Assembly: GCA_963823655.1 (NCBI GenBank)
Contig: CAWGMK010000006.1
Span: 128,001-192,000 of the forward strand
Length of the DNA: 64,000 bases
Reading direction: 5' to 3'
DNA from: an uncultured Bacillota bacterium
GTDB taxonomy: Bacteria; Bacillota; DTU025; MWDF01
Part shown: in pieces, positions 44,800 through 55,111 of the stretch
Layout: every line of letters begins with the position of its first letter
Position numbering within the stretch: position 1 is the stretch's first letter
Notes under the pieces: model-generated
Told to the model about the DNA's origin: nothing
What the model saw: the letters and a program-made list of their open reading frames with translations, nothing else
The model's database searches: none
Translations under genes and position numbers: made by a program

Positions 44800-45348
44800 A
44801 TGAGAGACAGAGCATTAGCAGTCCTGAGGCAATATAACAAGAGCGAATCGCTTATAAAGCACGCTTTTGCGGTAGAGGCCGTAATGCGGCATTTTGCCAA
44901 GAAGGCAGGCGAGGACGTCGAGTATTGGGGTGATGTAGGCCTCCTTCACGATGTGGATTACGAAATGTACCCCGATGAGCATTGCAAAAAGACACCTGAG
45001 TTGCTGAAATCGGCCGGTTATGACGATGCATTCATACATTCGGTAATCAGCCATGGACATGGCATTGTCGTAGATGCCAAGCCAGAGCTCTACATGGAAA
45101 AGGTGCTGTTTGCCGCCGATGAACTGACCGGCTTGATTGGAGCTGCGGCCCTTATGCGTCCCTCGAGGTCCGTAATGGATATGGAAGCCAAAAGCGTAAA
45201 GAAGAAGTTCAAGGATAAGAGCTTTGCTGCCAGCGTTAATAGGGAAGTTATACTGCAAGGGTGCGAAGACCTTGGAATTGAACTGGATTCACTGATCGAG
45301 GAATGTATTATCGGGATGAGAACCGTAGCCGTTGCGATAGGACTCTAA
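44800..45348 (+). CDS. HD domain phosphohydrolase
   Basis: H..AVEAVMRHFA, GLLHDVDYE, SH, A.DELTG and KKFKDKSFAA.V.R. Confidence 0.9.
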   Translation: MRDRALAVLRQYNKSESLIKHAFAVEAVMRHFAKKAGEDVEYWGDVGLLHDVDYEMYPDEHCKKTPELLKSAGYDDAFIHSVISHGHGIVVDAKPELYMEKVLFAADELTGLIGAAALMRPSRSVMDMEAKSVKKKFKDKSFAASVNREVILQGCEDLGIELDSLIEECIIGMRTVAVAIGL

Positions 45349-45611
45349 GGCGCCTTAGTATAGTAAAAATACGATGGTTTCGCCGATATGCCCCCTTAAC
45401 CAGGCAGCAGAACAAACTGGCTGATCTAGGGGGCATTGTTATTGAAAAACTAATGCTGAGCATGCGTTATTCAAAGCTGGTCGTATGCGCGATGTTGAGC
45501 AGCGTCTTTTAATAATGCTCCACGAGTGTAAAGATAGCAGCAAATGTCTTTGTACTGTCCGGAAAAGGCCAATTCGACTTCAATCGGCAACTGCCGATGT
45601 CATAAGGCGAT

Positions 45612-45710
45612 TTAAGTTGTAGGGAATTCTCCGATCTCCAGCCCGGACAGAAGGGCTAATGCTGCGACAATTATAAAGACAGCAACAAGGACAATCTTGG
45701 CAATTTTCAA
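45612..45710 (-). CDS. Small 32-aa single-TM or signal-like peptide
   Basis: AGGGGGAAGG RBS then TTG: MKIAKIVLVAVFIIVAALALLSGLEIGEFPTT*. May be a truncated gene. Confidence 0.35.
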   Translation of the reverse strand: MKIAKIVLVAVFIIVAALALLSGLEIGEFPTT

Positions 45711-45918
45711 GCTTCCTTCCCCCTAAATATTCGTATCTAGAAAGCAGACCGGCAATAAGGATGGAATGGAGCGAATATCTCATTATTCCCTCACGCATGA
45801 CAGCTAGAATACAGCAGCATCATCCGCTTTGGAATGAAAGCACGTCCGCCCCTATCTTTCCTTCTGACAGCATGTATTTGATGTAGCACAGCTGCCTGCT
45901 CAGATTGATACCAAATAG

Positions 45919-46257
45919 CTAAATGGTCAACAGCTTCTGGTCCTCTTTCAGGATTTTCGTTAAGCCTTCGCCCCAGTACTTAAGCTCTATTCCGAGGCTT
46001 TCCAAGATATTCGATACACCCAGGCCGTCCGCGCATGCCTTACATGCGGAAATTTCCACTCCTGCTTCCTGCAGCTCCCTTATGCCCTCCTGCACCATGC
46101 CTGACTCGGCCGTCAAAGAAGCTGTACGCCCCCAGATGATAATCGTCACTTTTCCCCACCAGTTTTTCCGGAGCGAATTTACGGCATACATTCTAACCAT
46201 CTTGTCGAAAGTGACTTCATCTGCGTTTGTCCAAAGGATTACCAACTCATTGCTCAT
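45919..46257 (-). CDS. DsrE family protein
   Basis: LVILWT, MYA.NS....WW..V.IIIWG and ACKACAD.LG. Confidence 0.88.
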   Translation of the reverse strand: MSNELVILWTNADEVTFDKMVRMYAVNSLRKNWWGKVTIIIWGRTASLTAESGMVQEGIRELQEAGVEISACKACADGLGVSNILESLGIELKYWGEGLTKILKEDQKLLTI

Positions 46258-46442
46258 GTTGCCTCCTATTTTTAACTACTCCGTTTGGTATGATTCTTCC
46301 CATTGTAGTTCCAGGTGTCAAGCGGCGTTCACTAATCGATACTCATTTAAGCAAGATATTTCAAGAAACGACAGTCAGCCCAATAAAGGATAAGAGCGCT
46401 TGCTCTTGAAAGAGTAAGTATTATCGGTGAAGGGGTGAGCTT

Positions 46443-47094
46443 ATGAGGATATCCAGGTTTATGCTTATTGTTGTGTTAATCTGCTTCTCGCTTTTGCTAA
46501 CCGGATGCATGAAGACATGGTCGGTAGACTTCACTCGTGTTGCTGACATCGATGACTGGTACTATAACGACTTCGGAACCAAGACCCTAATAGAAGACGA
46601 AGGACTGCGAATATTTGGAAATGGCAGCGTAGGGACCCCATTCGCCTTTAGCGGGGACTTCGAGGCCACGTTAACATTCACGCTAAACACTGATTTGGAG
46701 AATACTGCCTGGTTGTTCCTATATCCAGGAGACAGCAACATATGGGATCCCGACAACCACCTTTATATAGAATTCGATGGAATTGGGGATATGGGATCCG
46801 AAGGCATCGATATTGCGGATGTCGGCGAATTTACGTACATTGATGCAATAAATCTTGACGATACAACGATACCGCATATTCAGCGTATCGGGGAGAACAA
46901 GCTAATAATCAGGAAGACCGGCAGCCTTATGGAGATCTTGATCAACGACGGCCTGATTGTCGACTTCACCCTGGTTAAATGCGAAGCGCAGCACTTCTAT
47001 CATCAATTTTGGCACAAAGCTTTACAACTCAGCGGATTTCGTTTTTACGAGCATCAAGGTCAAATATTCTGGGGAGAAAATTGGGAACCTTTAG
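46443..47094 (+). CDS. Hypothetical lipoprotein, paralog of 59576-60214 (C-terminal frameshift)
   Basis: Lipobox LTGC and WSVDFT...IDDWY. The alternative frame after about 47000 reads INFGTKLYNSADFVFTSIKVKYSGEKIGNL*, matching the paralog's end. Confidence 0.8.
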
Positions 47095-47232
47095 TCGCGG
47101 CCTGATGATTGAAAGGATAGACTGGTCCCATAAAGCAGGCTAGCTGAACAATTCGACAACGAAAGTGGTAAAATACAGGCATGTTGGCTTTTCGGGCTGC
47201 ACAATGGCTTATTGACTAGAAAGGTAATCACA

Positions 47233-47751
47233 ATGAACGAAATTGATAGGGCGAAGCTGATAAAAAGGGCATTTGATACTGGATTTGATTATGAGAAGAA
47301 TTACAGAGGATGCGCACAATGCACGTTGGCCACATTCTTCGACATTACCGGGCACACCGAACCTGCGCTTTTCCAGGCCGCCAGCGGATTGTCGGCCGGT
47401 ATTGGAATTAATGGGGACGGATCCTGCGGCGGATATACGGGAGGCGTGCTCTTCATGAGTTCGCTCATCGGGAGAAGGCTTGATCGTATACCAATAGACA
47501 AGGACAGGCCCGCCCAGCTTAAATCATATGAAATGGCGCAGAAGCTGCATGACAGGTTCGTTGAGACATATGGAAGCGTCACTTGTGCTGACATCCATAA
47601 AAAGATTTTCGGCAGGTCCTATTGCCTGAGGGAGCCCGGTGTATCGGAGGCATTCGAAGAGGCCGGCGCACATGTCGATAAGTGCACAACTGTAGTGGGG
47701 AATGCATGTTCATGGGTCGCTGAAATACTGATTGATGAGGGATTGCTCTAG
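47233..47751 (+). CDS. C_GCAxxG_C_C family putative redox-active protein
   Basis: GCAQC, GL.AGIG..GD.SCGGYTGG, GSVTC and KC. Confidence 0.9.
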   Translation: MNEIDRAKLIKRAFDTGFDYEKNYRGCAQCTLATFFDITGHTEPALFQAASGLSAGIGINGDGSCGGYTGGVLFMSSLIGRRLDRIPIDKDRPAQLKSYEMAQKLHDRFVETYGSVTCADIHKKIFGRSYCLREPGVSEAFEEAGAHVDKCTTVVGNACSWVAEILIDEGLL

Positions 47752-47914
47752 GGTTCACACGATAACCAATCTTGGGGCTTCCGGATGTCGGTTTGCGCAT
47801 ATATCCAAATGGGAAGTCAGAGGCTGGCAGATTGGCGAGGTATATCGTCAATACTGCCAGCTTCTACTTTGCTCCTAATATGTTTTGCGAGGCATCCTTA
47901 GTCTTGTCCGGAAC

Positions 47915-48748
47915 TTAGATCTTCTTCAGCAACATCCGCCTGCACATGGACTTTATCAGCATCAATAGGGGAATAGCCCCGATATAGGCTGCAAGCGCCA
48001 AGTTGCTTGGTATGAGGATTAACCCCTCATCCAGGAATGTTCTCGCCGCCTCTACGCTATAAAACTGCCGTCTGAGCACTTCCATAAGGAAAATATACGC
48101 AATGCCGAACGCAAGAGGCAGAAGAAAAGCCCAGTTCCTCTTCGAAGTAGTCAGGGACTTGGCTAGAGGAATGAGCAAGAAGGAGATGAGCAGGAAAAGC
48201 ACTATCATGCTGATTTCGATCTTCACGTTGAAGAACCCGTTTTCCGTGTTTTCAAGCCAAATCGCGAGGTTCGTAAACAAGACGAACACTGAAAGGAATA
48301 CTCCGCTGTCGAAGAGGTTCAGCAGAAAGAAGCTTGATGGCTTAGCGAATGAGCTGATTATTTCATCTGCAAATGACTGGGGGTTAATGATCACATCAGC
48401 AACGGATCTGCCCGCTTTCTGGGCCGTTATCAGCATCTCGAGGACATCATCAGTTACGTCTTTTTTTAAGCCGGATGGAAGCTGCGATAGCGCTATGGCA
48501 TCCTTGACTAACTCGTATTCCCGATAGAAATCTAAGTCAAGTAATCTTTCGTCCCTGTTCTTTCGCACTTTCATGAAGTACACGTATAGTATCGAGGCAA
48601 GGCTAATGAGAATCGCCGAGATAGTCACTATTAGACCCGAAATCTGTGCAGAGCCCTTTGAACTCAGCGCCCAGATTAATGAGGTGGCAGTAACGCAAAG
48701 ACCGAGCAGGATTGCACTGAAGAAGACAACTTTACTCCGATAAGTCAT
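47915..48748 (-). CDS. Membrane protein with a DUF1048/DUF1129-like cytoplasmic domain
   Basis: TM helices flank DDVLEMLITAQKAGRSV.DVI..P..FADEII. Coupled to PadR. Confidence 0.7.
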   Translation of the reverse strand: MTYRSKVVFFSAILLGLCVTATSLIWALSSKGSAQISGLIVTISAILISLASILYVYFMKVRKNRDERLLDLDFYREYELVKDAIALSQLPSGLKKDVTDDVLEMLITAQKAGRSVADVIINPQSFADEIISSFAKPSSFFLLNLFDSGVFLSVFVLFTNLAIWLENTENGFFNVKIEISMIVLFLLISFLLIPLAKSLTTSKRNWAFLLPLAFGIAYIFLMEVLRRQFYSVEAARTFLDEGLILIPSNLALAAYIGAIPLLMLIKSMCRRMLLKKI

Positions 48749-49070
48749 TTATTTCTGCCTCCATCACGTTATTTACGATGATCCTGAACCTAAGCCAGCT
48801 TTCTTTGAACTCTGCCAGGCTCTTCTCTCCTTCTTTGGTGAGCGAGAAGTACTTCCTGTCCGGGCCAAGCGGCGAGGGCCTTCTTTCTGCTTTGAGAAGC
48901 CCCTTATTCTGAAGGCGCAGCAGGATGGGGTAGACGGTGGCTTCATTTACATCGAATCCCAGCTCCCTGATAATTTCAACGGCCCTGTAACCGTACATTT
49001 CCGAGCTGCTTAGCACTTTTAAGATGCAACCTTCAAGTATGCCCTTCATAAACTGCGTATCGTTGTACAT
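48732..49070 (-). CDS. PadR family transcriptional regulator
   Basis: TQFMKGILEGCIL, YGY, EATVYPIL.RL and GP.RKYFSLT. Confidence 0.95.
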   Translation of the reverse strand: MYNDTQFMKGILEGCILKVLSSSEMYGYRAVEIIRELGFDVNEATVYPILLRLQNKGLLKAERRPSPLGPDRKYFSLTKEGEKSLAEFKESWLRFRIIVNNVMEAEINDLSE

Positions 49071-49081
49071 CCGACCAACTC

Positions 49082-49139
49082 CTATGTATTGCATAGTAGA
49101 CGACTTAATAATAGCACTCTACTATGTAATGTCAAGTAG
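49082..49139 (-). promoter_or_regulatory. Sigma-A promoter with PadR-type palindromic operators
   Basis: On the minus strand, TTGACA-N16-TATTAT. It is overlapped by the inverted pair ATTGCATAGTAGA / TCTACTATGTAAT and the palindrome CTATG-N5-CATAG. Confidence 0.7.
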
Positions 49140-49199
49140 CGGATCAAAAGAAACCAATAACCAATTAGAATCAAGCTCACACGCATAAAAAAGGCGGAC

Positions 49200-50439
49200 A
49201 CTGCCAAGGTCGAGTATTGCGCAAAGATACGCCTTGTTGTTGCCATACGCAAGCTCAGTGACATCACAAAGCCATTTCTCATTGCTCCTCTGGTTTTGAA
49301 CCTCCTGTCCTAGATGTTCTCGGCCAAGACTTGCGGAGTGAGAGTAAGCGTAGATCTTGCGTTTGATACGGATCACGGCCTTGATGCCAACATACGCGCA
49401 TCAACCTTCTGATGCGTTTGGGATTGTATCGCTTTGCTCCTTTGCGGTTGAGTAGCCATCGTGATACGACGGTATCCGTAGATGCCGTTAACGGAGTGAT
49501 AGATTGCTAAAATGCTGGGGATAAGCTTCTCGTTCTCTAGCTCAAGCCTGCTGGGCTTGCGCTTGGCCCAATGATAGTAGCCGGAGCGAGATATGTTCAA
49601 CAGCTGGCACAGACATGATTACAGGATATCCCTTTTGGGTGATTGAGCTCCTTTATCGCTTTGTATTGTCCTTCAAGCCGGACAGCGCTGAGCCATACCC
49701 CCTTTCTATTTCGCGGACTTTTTTTAGCAGGTCATTCTCCATCTGTAAGCGGTAATTCTTGGCTTCAAGTATCTTGTTCTCGGCCTTGAGCTTCTCAAGC
49801 TCTGTCATGTCCTCAATTGCCTTGCCTTTGCCTCTCGTATCCTTAAGCCCGGCCAAGCCTCTTGCTTCGTACTTCCTTACCCAGCTGTAGATCTGGGCGT
49901 AGGATACTTTGAATTCCTTGGCCGTAAGTATGTAGTTATGGTCGTTCTCAAGGCAAAAGGCTACAATCCCGACCCTTTCCTCCAAGGTCGTCTTTCTTCC
50001 TTCGGTCATGTGGACGCTACCTCCCGGACATACTTTGCGTGCGCCTCTATGACCATTATTGTATTCTATGACCCATCTTGAAACTATTGATCTTTCGAAG
50101 CAATGCTGTACTTTATTGCAAGGTCGGCTGAAGAGCCTTCACCTGCCAGGTACTCCCTTAACTACCTTGTCCTTGAATTCTCTTGTGTACCTCTGATGAG
50201 TTATCCTCCTTAAGATAGAAAACCTCACCTTTGGCATAGTAACACTGCATAAGCGCTCGTAAAGTACTACAATTTATACCATGAGTCTCTCGAAATGCTT
50301 TCTCCTAGATTCCCCTTCTAAACATCTATTGATGATATCCAATCTTGCTTCGTTAGATAGCTTTCCGAGCTTTGACATAAGAATACTCCCCCCTGGACAG
50401 TTTGTTTATTTCACTGTCCACTTCGGGGGGAGCATATCA
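49200..50439 (-). mobile_element. Degenerate, truncated IS3-family element
   Basis: Left end TGATATGCTCCCC at 50439. OrfA HTH pieces (ATG 50378; 49653..50009), an A7G slippery site at 49718-49725, and OrfB pieces ISRSGYYHW, YGYRRIT and WLCDVTE...YLCAILDL. The DDE core is cut and no right end is seen. Confidence 0.88.
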
Positions 50440-50453
50440 TGAAGTGCCGCCCA

Positions 50454-52345
50454 TTAAGAATCTATTCGCTGTTTTAATTTCTCGGAAGCTTGACTGTGCC
50501 ACCTCCAGGAGGAAGGAACTGGCCGCCTCCGGCTTTTCCGCCCGGGCCTCCCCTGGCTGATGACACCTGTTTCCGATATGGCGCTTACCATGCCGGCGAT
50601 CGATACATCGACGATTTTATTACTGCCTGCATAAAGCGTATATGAAGACCCAATGGCCAAATCCTTGGTTGAAATAACTACAGATGAGTAGCTTTTCGAG
50701 GGTGTAAAGCTTGCGATCTGCTTGCCTGTGGAGTCCTTTAAGTAAAGAGTAGTGCCGGCCGACTGGGAAGTGCCATAGTACATCAATATCGATGGTTGAG
50801 TAGAGCCTGAGCTGGGCGCCTGTGCCATTCCGGAACTTCCCGAAGCGATTAATATCCCGCCGCTTATCATAAACTTCCCGTTGTAGTCCACGCTGCCGTT
50901 CATATTTGCCGTTGGCCCATCAACATATACCACGCCGCCCGTCATTTCAATGTTTCCATTAGAGTCAAGGCCATCCCCGTCTGCCACTATGGAAACGCTC
51001 CCTTTGCTTATTGCCAGCAGGCCGCTATTCTGGTTGACGTTGATCCCATCATCCGATGAGACAATGCTGACTTCTCCTCCATTGATGTTTATATGGGCTG
51101 CCTCAAGGCCCTCATAGGAGTTTTCGATGTCTATTTGTCCGGCATTTATCGTAATGCTATTGTCGGCATGCATGGCATCATCACCGCTTTGAATGCTCAA
51201 ATCGCCTCCGTTAATAATGATCTCGTCATTGCTATGTATTGCATCGTCATATGAAGATAGCTTAAAGACACCTCCTGCGATGATCACTTTTCCGGTAGAT
51301 TTAATGCCCTTCTTGCTCTCTTCAACCGCCTGAGCGTTGGACTGCGCTGTACCGAATGCCTGGCCGGCAACCCTGCCGAAGCCTTCGTTTCCGCTGCTGA
51401 TGCTCCTTCCGGGGTAGCCGCCCCCTGTTGCGATGTCGAACTTGCCATCTTCTATGCTGAGCACGTTGTACGCCTGTATGCCGTCATTGGCCGCTTTTAT
51501 CGTGAAAGCGCCATTATGTATTGTTACATTCCCCTTTCCTTCTTCCGTATCATTGGTAGCGCGAATTCCATCCTTGCCGGCGGTAATTGTTAACGTGCCA
51601 TCCATGATTTCTACTTTGTCCTTGCCTACTATTGCATCCGAGGCCGCGTCGATTGTAATATTGCCCCCGGTTATCATTAAATCGTCTCTGCTCGTTATAC
51701 CGTCATTGTAAGAGGTCTTCACCATCAGGGATCCGCCTCCGCCGATAGTCAGGTCCGCTTTGCTGAAGATTGCCGCAGTGGGTTCTTCATCTTCGTTTAT
51801 TTTCACCCTGCTGCCCTGTGTAATGCTGTTTTCGGAGGCGTCGGCAAGCACGAGCATGACTTCTTTGGCCTCAGATATGTATATTGGGGAGCTGGTTTCG
51901 CTATTAATCTGAACTCCGTTTAATACGACTTTGACGAGACCCTTATCAACCGATTTATCCACATTAATAAGAATGCTGCCATCTGTAAGGGCGCCAGTAA
52001 TCTCGTATTCGCCGGAAGCTGCAATCGTTATGATTGAACCCCTTATAGTTACTCCGGGTCCGTTTGAGCTTGCTGTATCCCCGCTCAGCTTGATTGCTAC
52101 GCTACCTATGCCATGTGAGCTGATTGCATCTGCTCCTGATCCGTTGCTTTCGACATTACCGAGATCTGCGGTAGTATCAATGTCAGCTGTAGAGGTTTCG
52201 TTTCTACGAAAATCTGGCCATCGGCCATACCTGTGGCAGATGTACAGCCGGTTAGCAGGCTCGCGCCTAATAGTGCTATCATTGCGACTGTGACTGGTCT
52301 GTTCTTTTGCATCCGTTCAAAAGCTAAAAATCCGAAAATATCCAT
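50454..52345 (-). CDS. Cthe_2159-like beta-helix carbohydrate-binding lipoprotein (frameshifted)
   Basis: Lipobox LLTGC, AAIFSKADLTI.G.G.L, repeated DGI/DA.H turns, EGLEA, DGLDSNG and G..DY.G...I.GG. Confidence 0.88.
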
Positions 52346-52414
52346 TCGTTTGTCTTCCTTTCAGATCTGATCCATGCCTTGCTTCAGGCTTTCAAAATCA
52401 TAGTAATAAACGGA

Positions 52415-52453
52415 TGTTACAGCAGTGTTACAGGAATGTTAACTCCTGTTGAG
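52415..52453 (-). promoter_or_regulatory. Tandem 11-bp-period direct repeats (PhoP/OmpR-type boxes)
   Basis: On the minus strand, TTAACA-N5-GTAACA-N5-GTAACA, followed by a -10-like TACTAT. Confidence 0.55.
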
Positions 52454-52746
52454 ACTCGGTTATTTTGCTCTAGCTGACAACTGACATGGCATCTGACAAT
52501 AGCGGTACATTTTATTGCAAATACTCAATAAGAAGTCCTGTCAAGCTGGGTGGTTGTGCCAAGCCAAAGGCAAATCTTGCTGGCTCTTACTGTCGAAAAA
52601 GAAGGAATTGCGAGAAGGGTGTATAATTACCTATATACAGGGAAATCCAGTTAACGAGCTTGCCGTGTATTCAGACGGGTGCAGTGTTGTGATTGCCCCA
52701 AAATTGGGATAAGCTTGCTATTAAGAAAAGAAGGAGGGGATATTTG

Positions 52747-53601
52747 ATGAAAAGAAACTCCATAGTCCTTGCAGGAATCGCGATAATGCTAATGTTTGCG
52801 AGCATTGGAGTTGCTTCCTCCGGAATGACACTAGTGCACAACCTGGGTGAAACACTTCCCGACATCAACCTGACTGACGGTCAGACTTTGACGATAAAAT
52901 TCATCGCCGACCCAGGTTCCGTAATAACTTATGGTGCATTGCCGGAGGGCGCAACTTTCGACCAGGCGACTCATACTTTTACTTGGACCGCCGAAATTGA
53001 GCAAAAAGGAATATACCCACTCAGTTTCTCCGGGTTCTTAGGCAGTCTGGCAGTAACGTCCACAGTATCGGTCGAGATTTTGGACTGCCGGGTACAGGTA
53101 GTCGCAACCGGGCTTGATTATATCTGGTCGCCAAATAATAAGCTTGTTGAAGTGGAAATAATTCTTTTGGATTCTGCCGGGAACCGGGCCGATATCGAGA
53201 TCCTTAGCGTAGAGGTTGTAGACACTCTCAGGAAGAGCCTGGCAGAGGAAAAGGAATCAAACGGCAAGGGAAAGGGCCTTCTTAAAGAGGTCCATGTGCC
53301 AAGCGCGCTTTTGAACGGAAAGAAGGACGGGGAATTCCAGGACGTTGAAGGATCGTATTTCCTCAGGGCGACAAGGCTTGGCCTTATTGAGGAGAGGACG
53401 TATGTAATCTCTTTCAGGGCGACTTATCCTCTAACCGGCGTGGTTGAGGAAGCCACGATCAGCATCTCGATACCTCACGATATGTCAGAGATCAAACCTG
53501 ATGTAGAAGAGGAAGATGAAGAAACCGAGGAAGAGATCGAAGAAGAGGAAGAGACTGAAGGCGAAGAAGAGGGACCGAAAAAGGAAAAGAAAGAAAAGTA
53601 G
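52747..53601 (+). CDS. Secreted Ig-like domain protein with an acidic/Lys tail
   Basis: Signal peptide and He_PIG-like LPEGATFD..T.TFTWT. Second domain WSPNNKLV...LRATRLG..RTYVI...IPHD, then a poly-Glu tail. Confidence 0.8.
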   Translation: MKRNSIVLAGIAIMLMFASIGVASSGMTLVHNLGETLPDINLTDGQTLTIKFIADPGSVITYGALPEGATFDQATHTFTWTAEIEQKGIYPLSFSGFLGSLAVTSTVSVEILDCRVQVVATGLDYIWSPNNKLVEVEIILLDSAGNRADIEILSVEVVDTLRKSLAEEKESNGKGKGLLKEVHVPSALLNGKKDGEFQDVEGSYFLRATRLGLIEERTYVISFRATYPLTGVVEEATISISIPHDMSEIKPDVEEEDEETEEEIEEEEETEGEEEGPKKEKKEK

Positions 53602-53623
53602 ACTTAAAACCTGCTTAATCTCT

Positions 53624-53660
53624 CCCCTTTGGGTATCATGCCCAAAGGGGTTTTTTATTT
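53624..53660 (+). terminator. Intrinsic terminator
   Basis: CCCCTTTGGG / CCCAAAGGGG stem followed by TTTTTTATTT. Confidence 0.9.
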
Positions 53661-54013
53661 ACTGCCCAAAGGAAGCAGCCCAGCCAGCAAAGCAATTGGG
53701 TGTTCTACCAACGCTTTAGAAGTTTAATCTAGCTGAAAAGCAGTCGGCATGAAATCATGATCTCCAACTAATGATTAAGGGATTAGCCCCTTTTAAAATC
53801 ATGACCCGGCAAATTAGCGTAAGCCTTTGTGATTATCGCCTTGTTCTTTAGAGCAAGGCTTTTTCTTCCTGCGCCGGCTTCACCTGTTTTTTAATCCCGA
53901 TGGTAGCGATCGCCTTGAAAATTACTACTTAAAGGCGCTACATACAGCAAGCAAGCGTGACTATACTACCAAATTAGCTGTAAGTCTGCCCTTAAGGAGG
54001 TTCAACAGGCGAG

Positions 54014-55096
54014 ATGAAAATATGGCGTACTCCATTGGTTTCGCTTCTTCTAATCTTCGCAATGTCCGCATCGGCCTTTTGCTCGAATGGCATGAAGCCA
54101 GAAGACTCGTTAACTTTGCCCTGGATTATCTTTGAGGCCTTGAATTTGCCCTTTAGCCAACCGCCGGTGGGCAATGCGGGCAAGCAACAAGATATACGCG
54201 TTCTCATTATCGAGGATTTTGAAGGGAGGTTGCTTACAGAAGCGACTTGGGATGGCTCTGCGCCTCGTGTGTCAGCGGGTGGCAAGGAGTGGGCTTTTAA
54301 ACTTTCCGCGCTGTTAGAAGGACGTCAAGTCGAGTATGAGCTTTGCATCAGTATCGAGGACAAGGCGAAATTACCTGGAGGTTCCGCCGTCCTTACCTTA
54401 AAAGACCTGAGCGGACTTGAGCTTGGCTCAAGCTTTACGCATGTTTTGAATTTGCATGGATTTGAAGGTCTTGCTTCGGATGACGGCAGGTCGGCGGCGC
54501 TCTCGCCAAATGGGGCTCAATCAAACGGGCTTTCCCAATTCATTGCAATGGTTGCTCGGATGGGAACGTGCCTTTTCCGGTTTGAGCAGGCCGGAGGGAT
54601 GGATGAGGAGCCGAGCATTATCATCGCCGAATCCGAAAACAAAGTCGGAAAAGGGCGTGATGGCACGGCCTTGATGGAAATCCTCTTCGCTTCGGCACAA
54701 TCCTGGGCTCCGGGACATGTATTAGATTTTGCAAACGCCATTGATGGGGGAGAAAGAAAGCCTGACATAAGGGTCCTGGGAGTCTCGGACAAGGCGGCAG
54801 TTAACCCAGGAGAGGCCATTGGGTATACTTACTTCCTTTTCAACGCCGGAACAGGAAGCGCGGTTGATGTTGAGTTCACTATCCCGATCTCGGCTGAAGT
54901 CCAGCTGATTCCTGCATCCCTTAGCTGCAGCAAGGGAGAGCTGAAGCTTATCCAGCAGGAGTACGGTATCCCGGGGTCGGGAAGCATTGAAGAGGCGAAA
55001 GGTGCCGGCTATGAGGAGAGGACCATTAGGCTGCTGCTTACCGAAGAAATCATCCCGGGCGAAGCGATATATATCGAATTTGAAGTCTCAGTATGA
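54014..55096 (+). CDS. Secreted protein with a C-terminal DUF11-like domain
   Basis: Signal peptide, then SDKAAVNPGEAIGYTYFLFNAGTGSA.DV...IPGE...IEFEVSV*. Confidence 0.8.
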   Translation: MKIWRTPLVSLLLIFAMSASAFCSNGMKPEDSLTLPWIIFEALNLPFSQPPVGNAGKQQDIRVLIIEDFEGRLLTEATWDGSAPRVSAGGKEWAFKLSALLEGRQVEYELCISIEDKAKLPGGSAVLTLKDLSGLELGSSFTHVLNLHGFEGLASDDGRSAALSPNGAQSNGLSQFIAMVARMGTCLFRFEQAGGMDEEPSIIIAESENKVGKGRDGTALMEILFASAQSWAPGHVLDFANAIDGGERKPDIRVLGVSDKAAVNPGEAIGYTYFLFNAGTGSAVDVEFTIPISAEVQLIPASLSCSKGELKLIQQEYGIPGSGSIEEAKGAGYEERTIRLLLTEEIIPGEAIYIEFEVSV

Positions 55097-55111
55097 TAGG
55101 AGGTTATCATT

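Noticed and set aside
45919-47751. Selenocysteine recoding in the DsrE or C_GCAxxG_C_C proteins
   Set aside because: No in-frame TGA occurs at the Cys positions, and the ORFs are complete.
52540-54010. c-di-GMP riboswitch before the surface-protein genes
   Set aside because: GGCAAA-like words are present, but I could not build the conserved P1/P2 structure.
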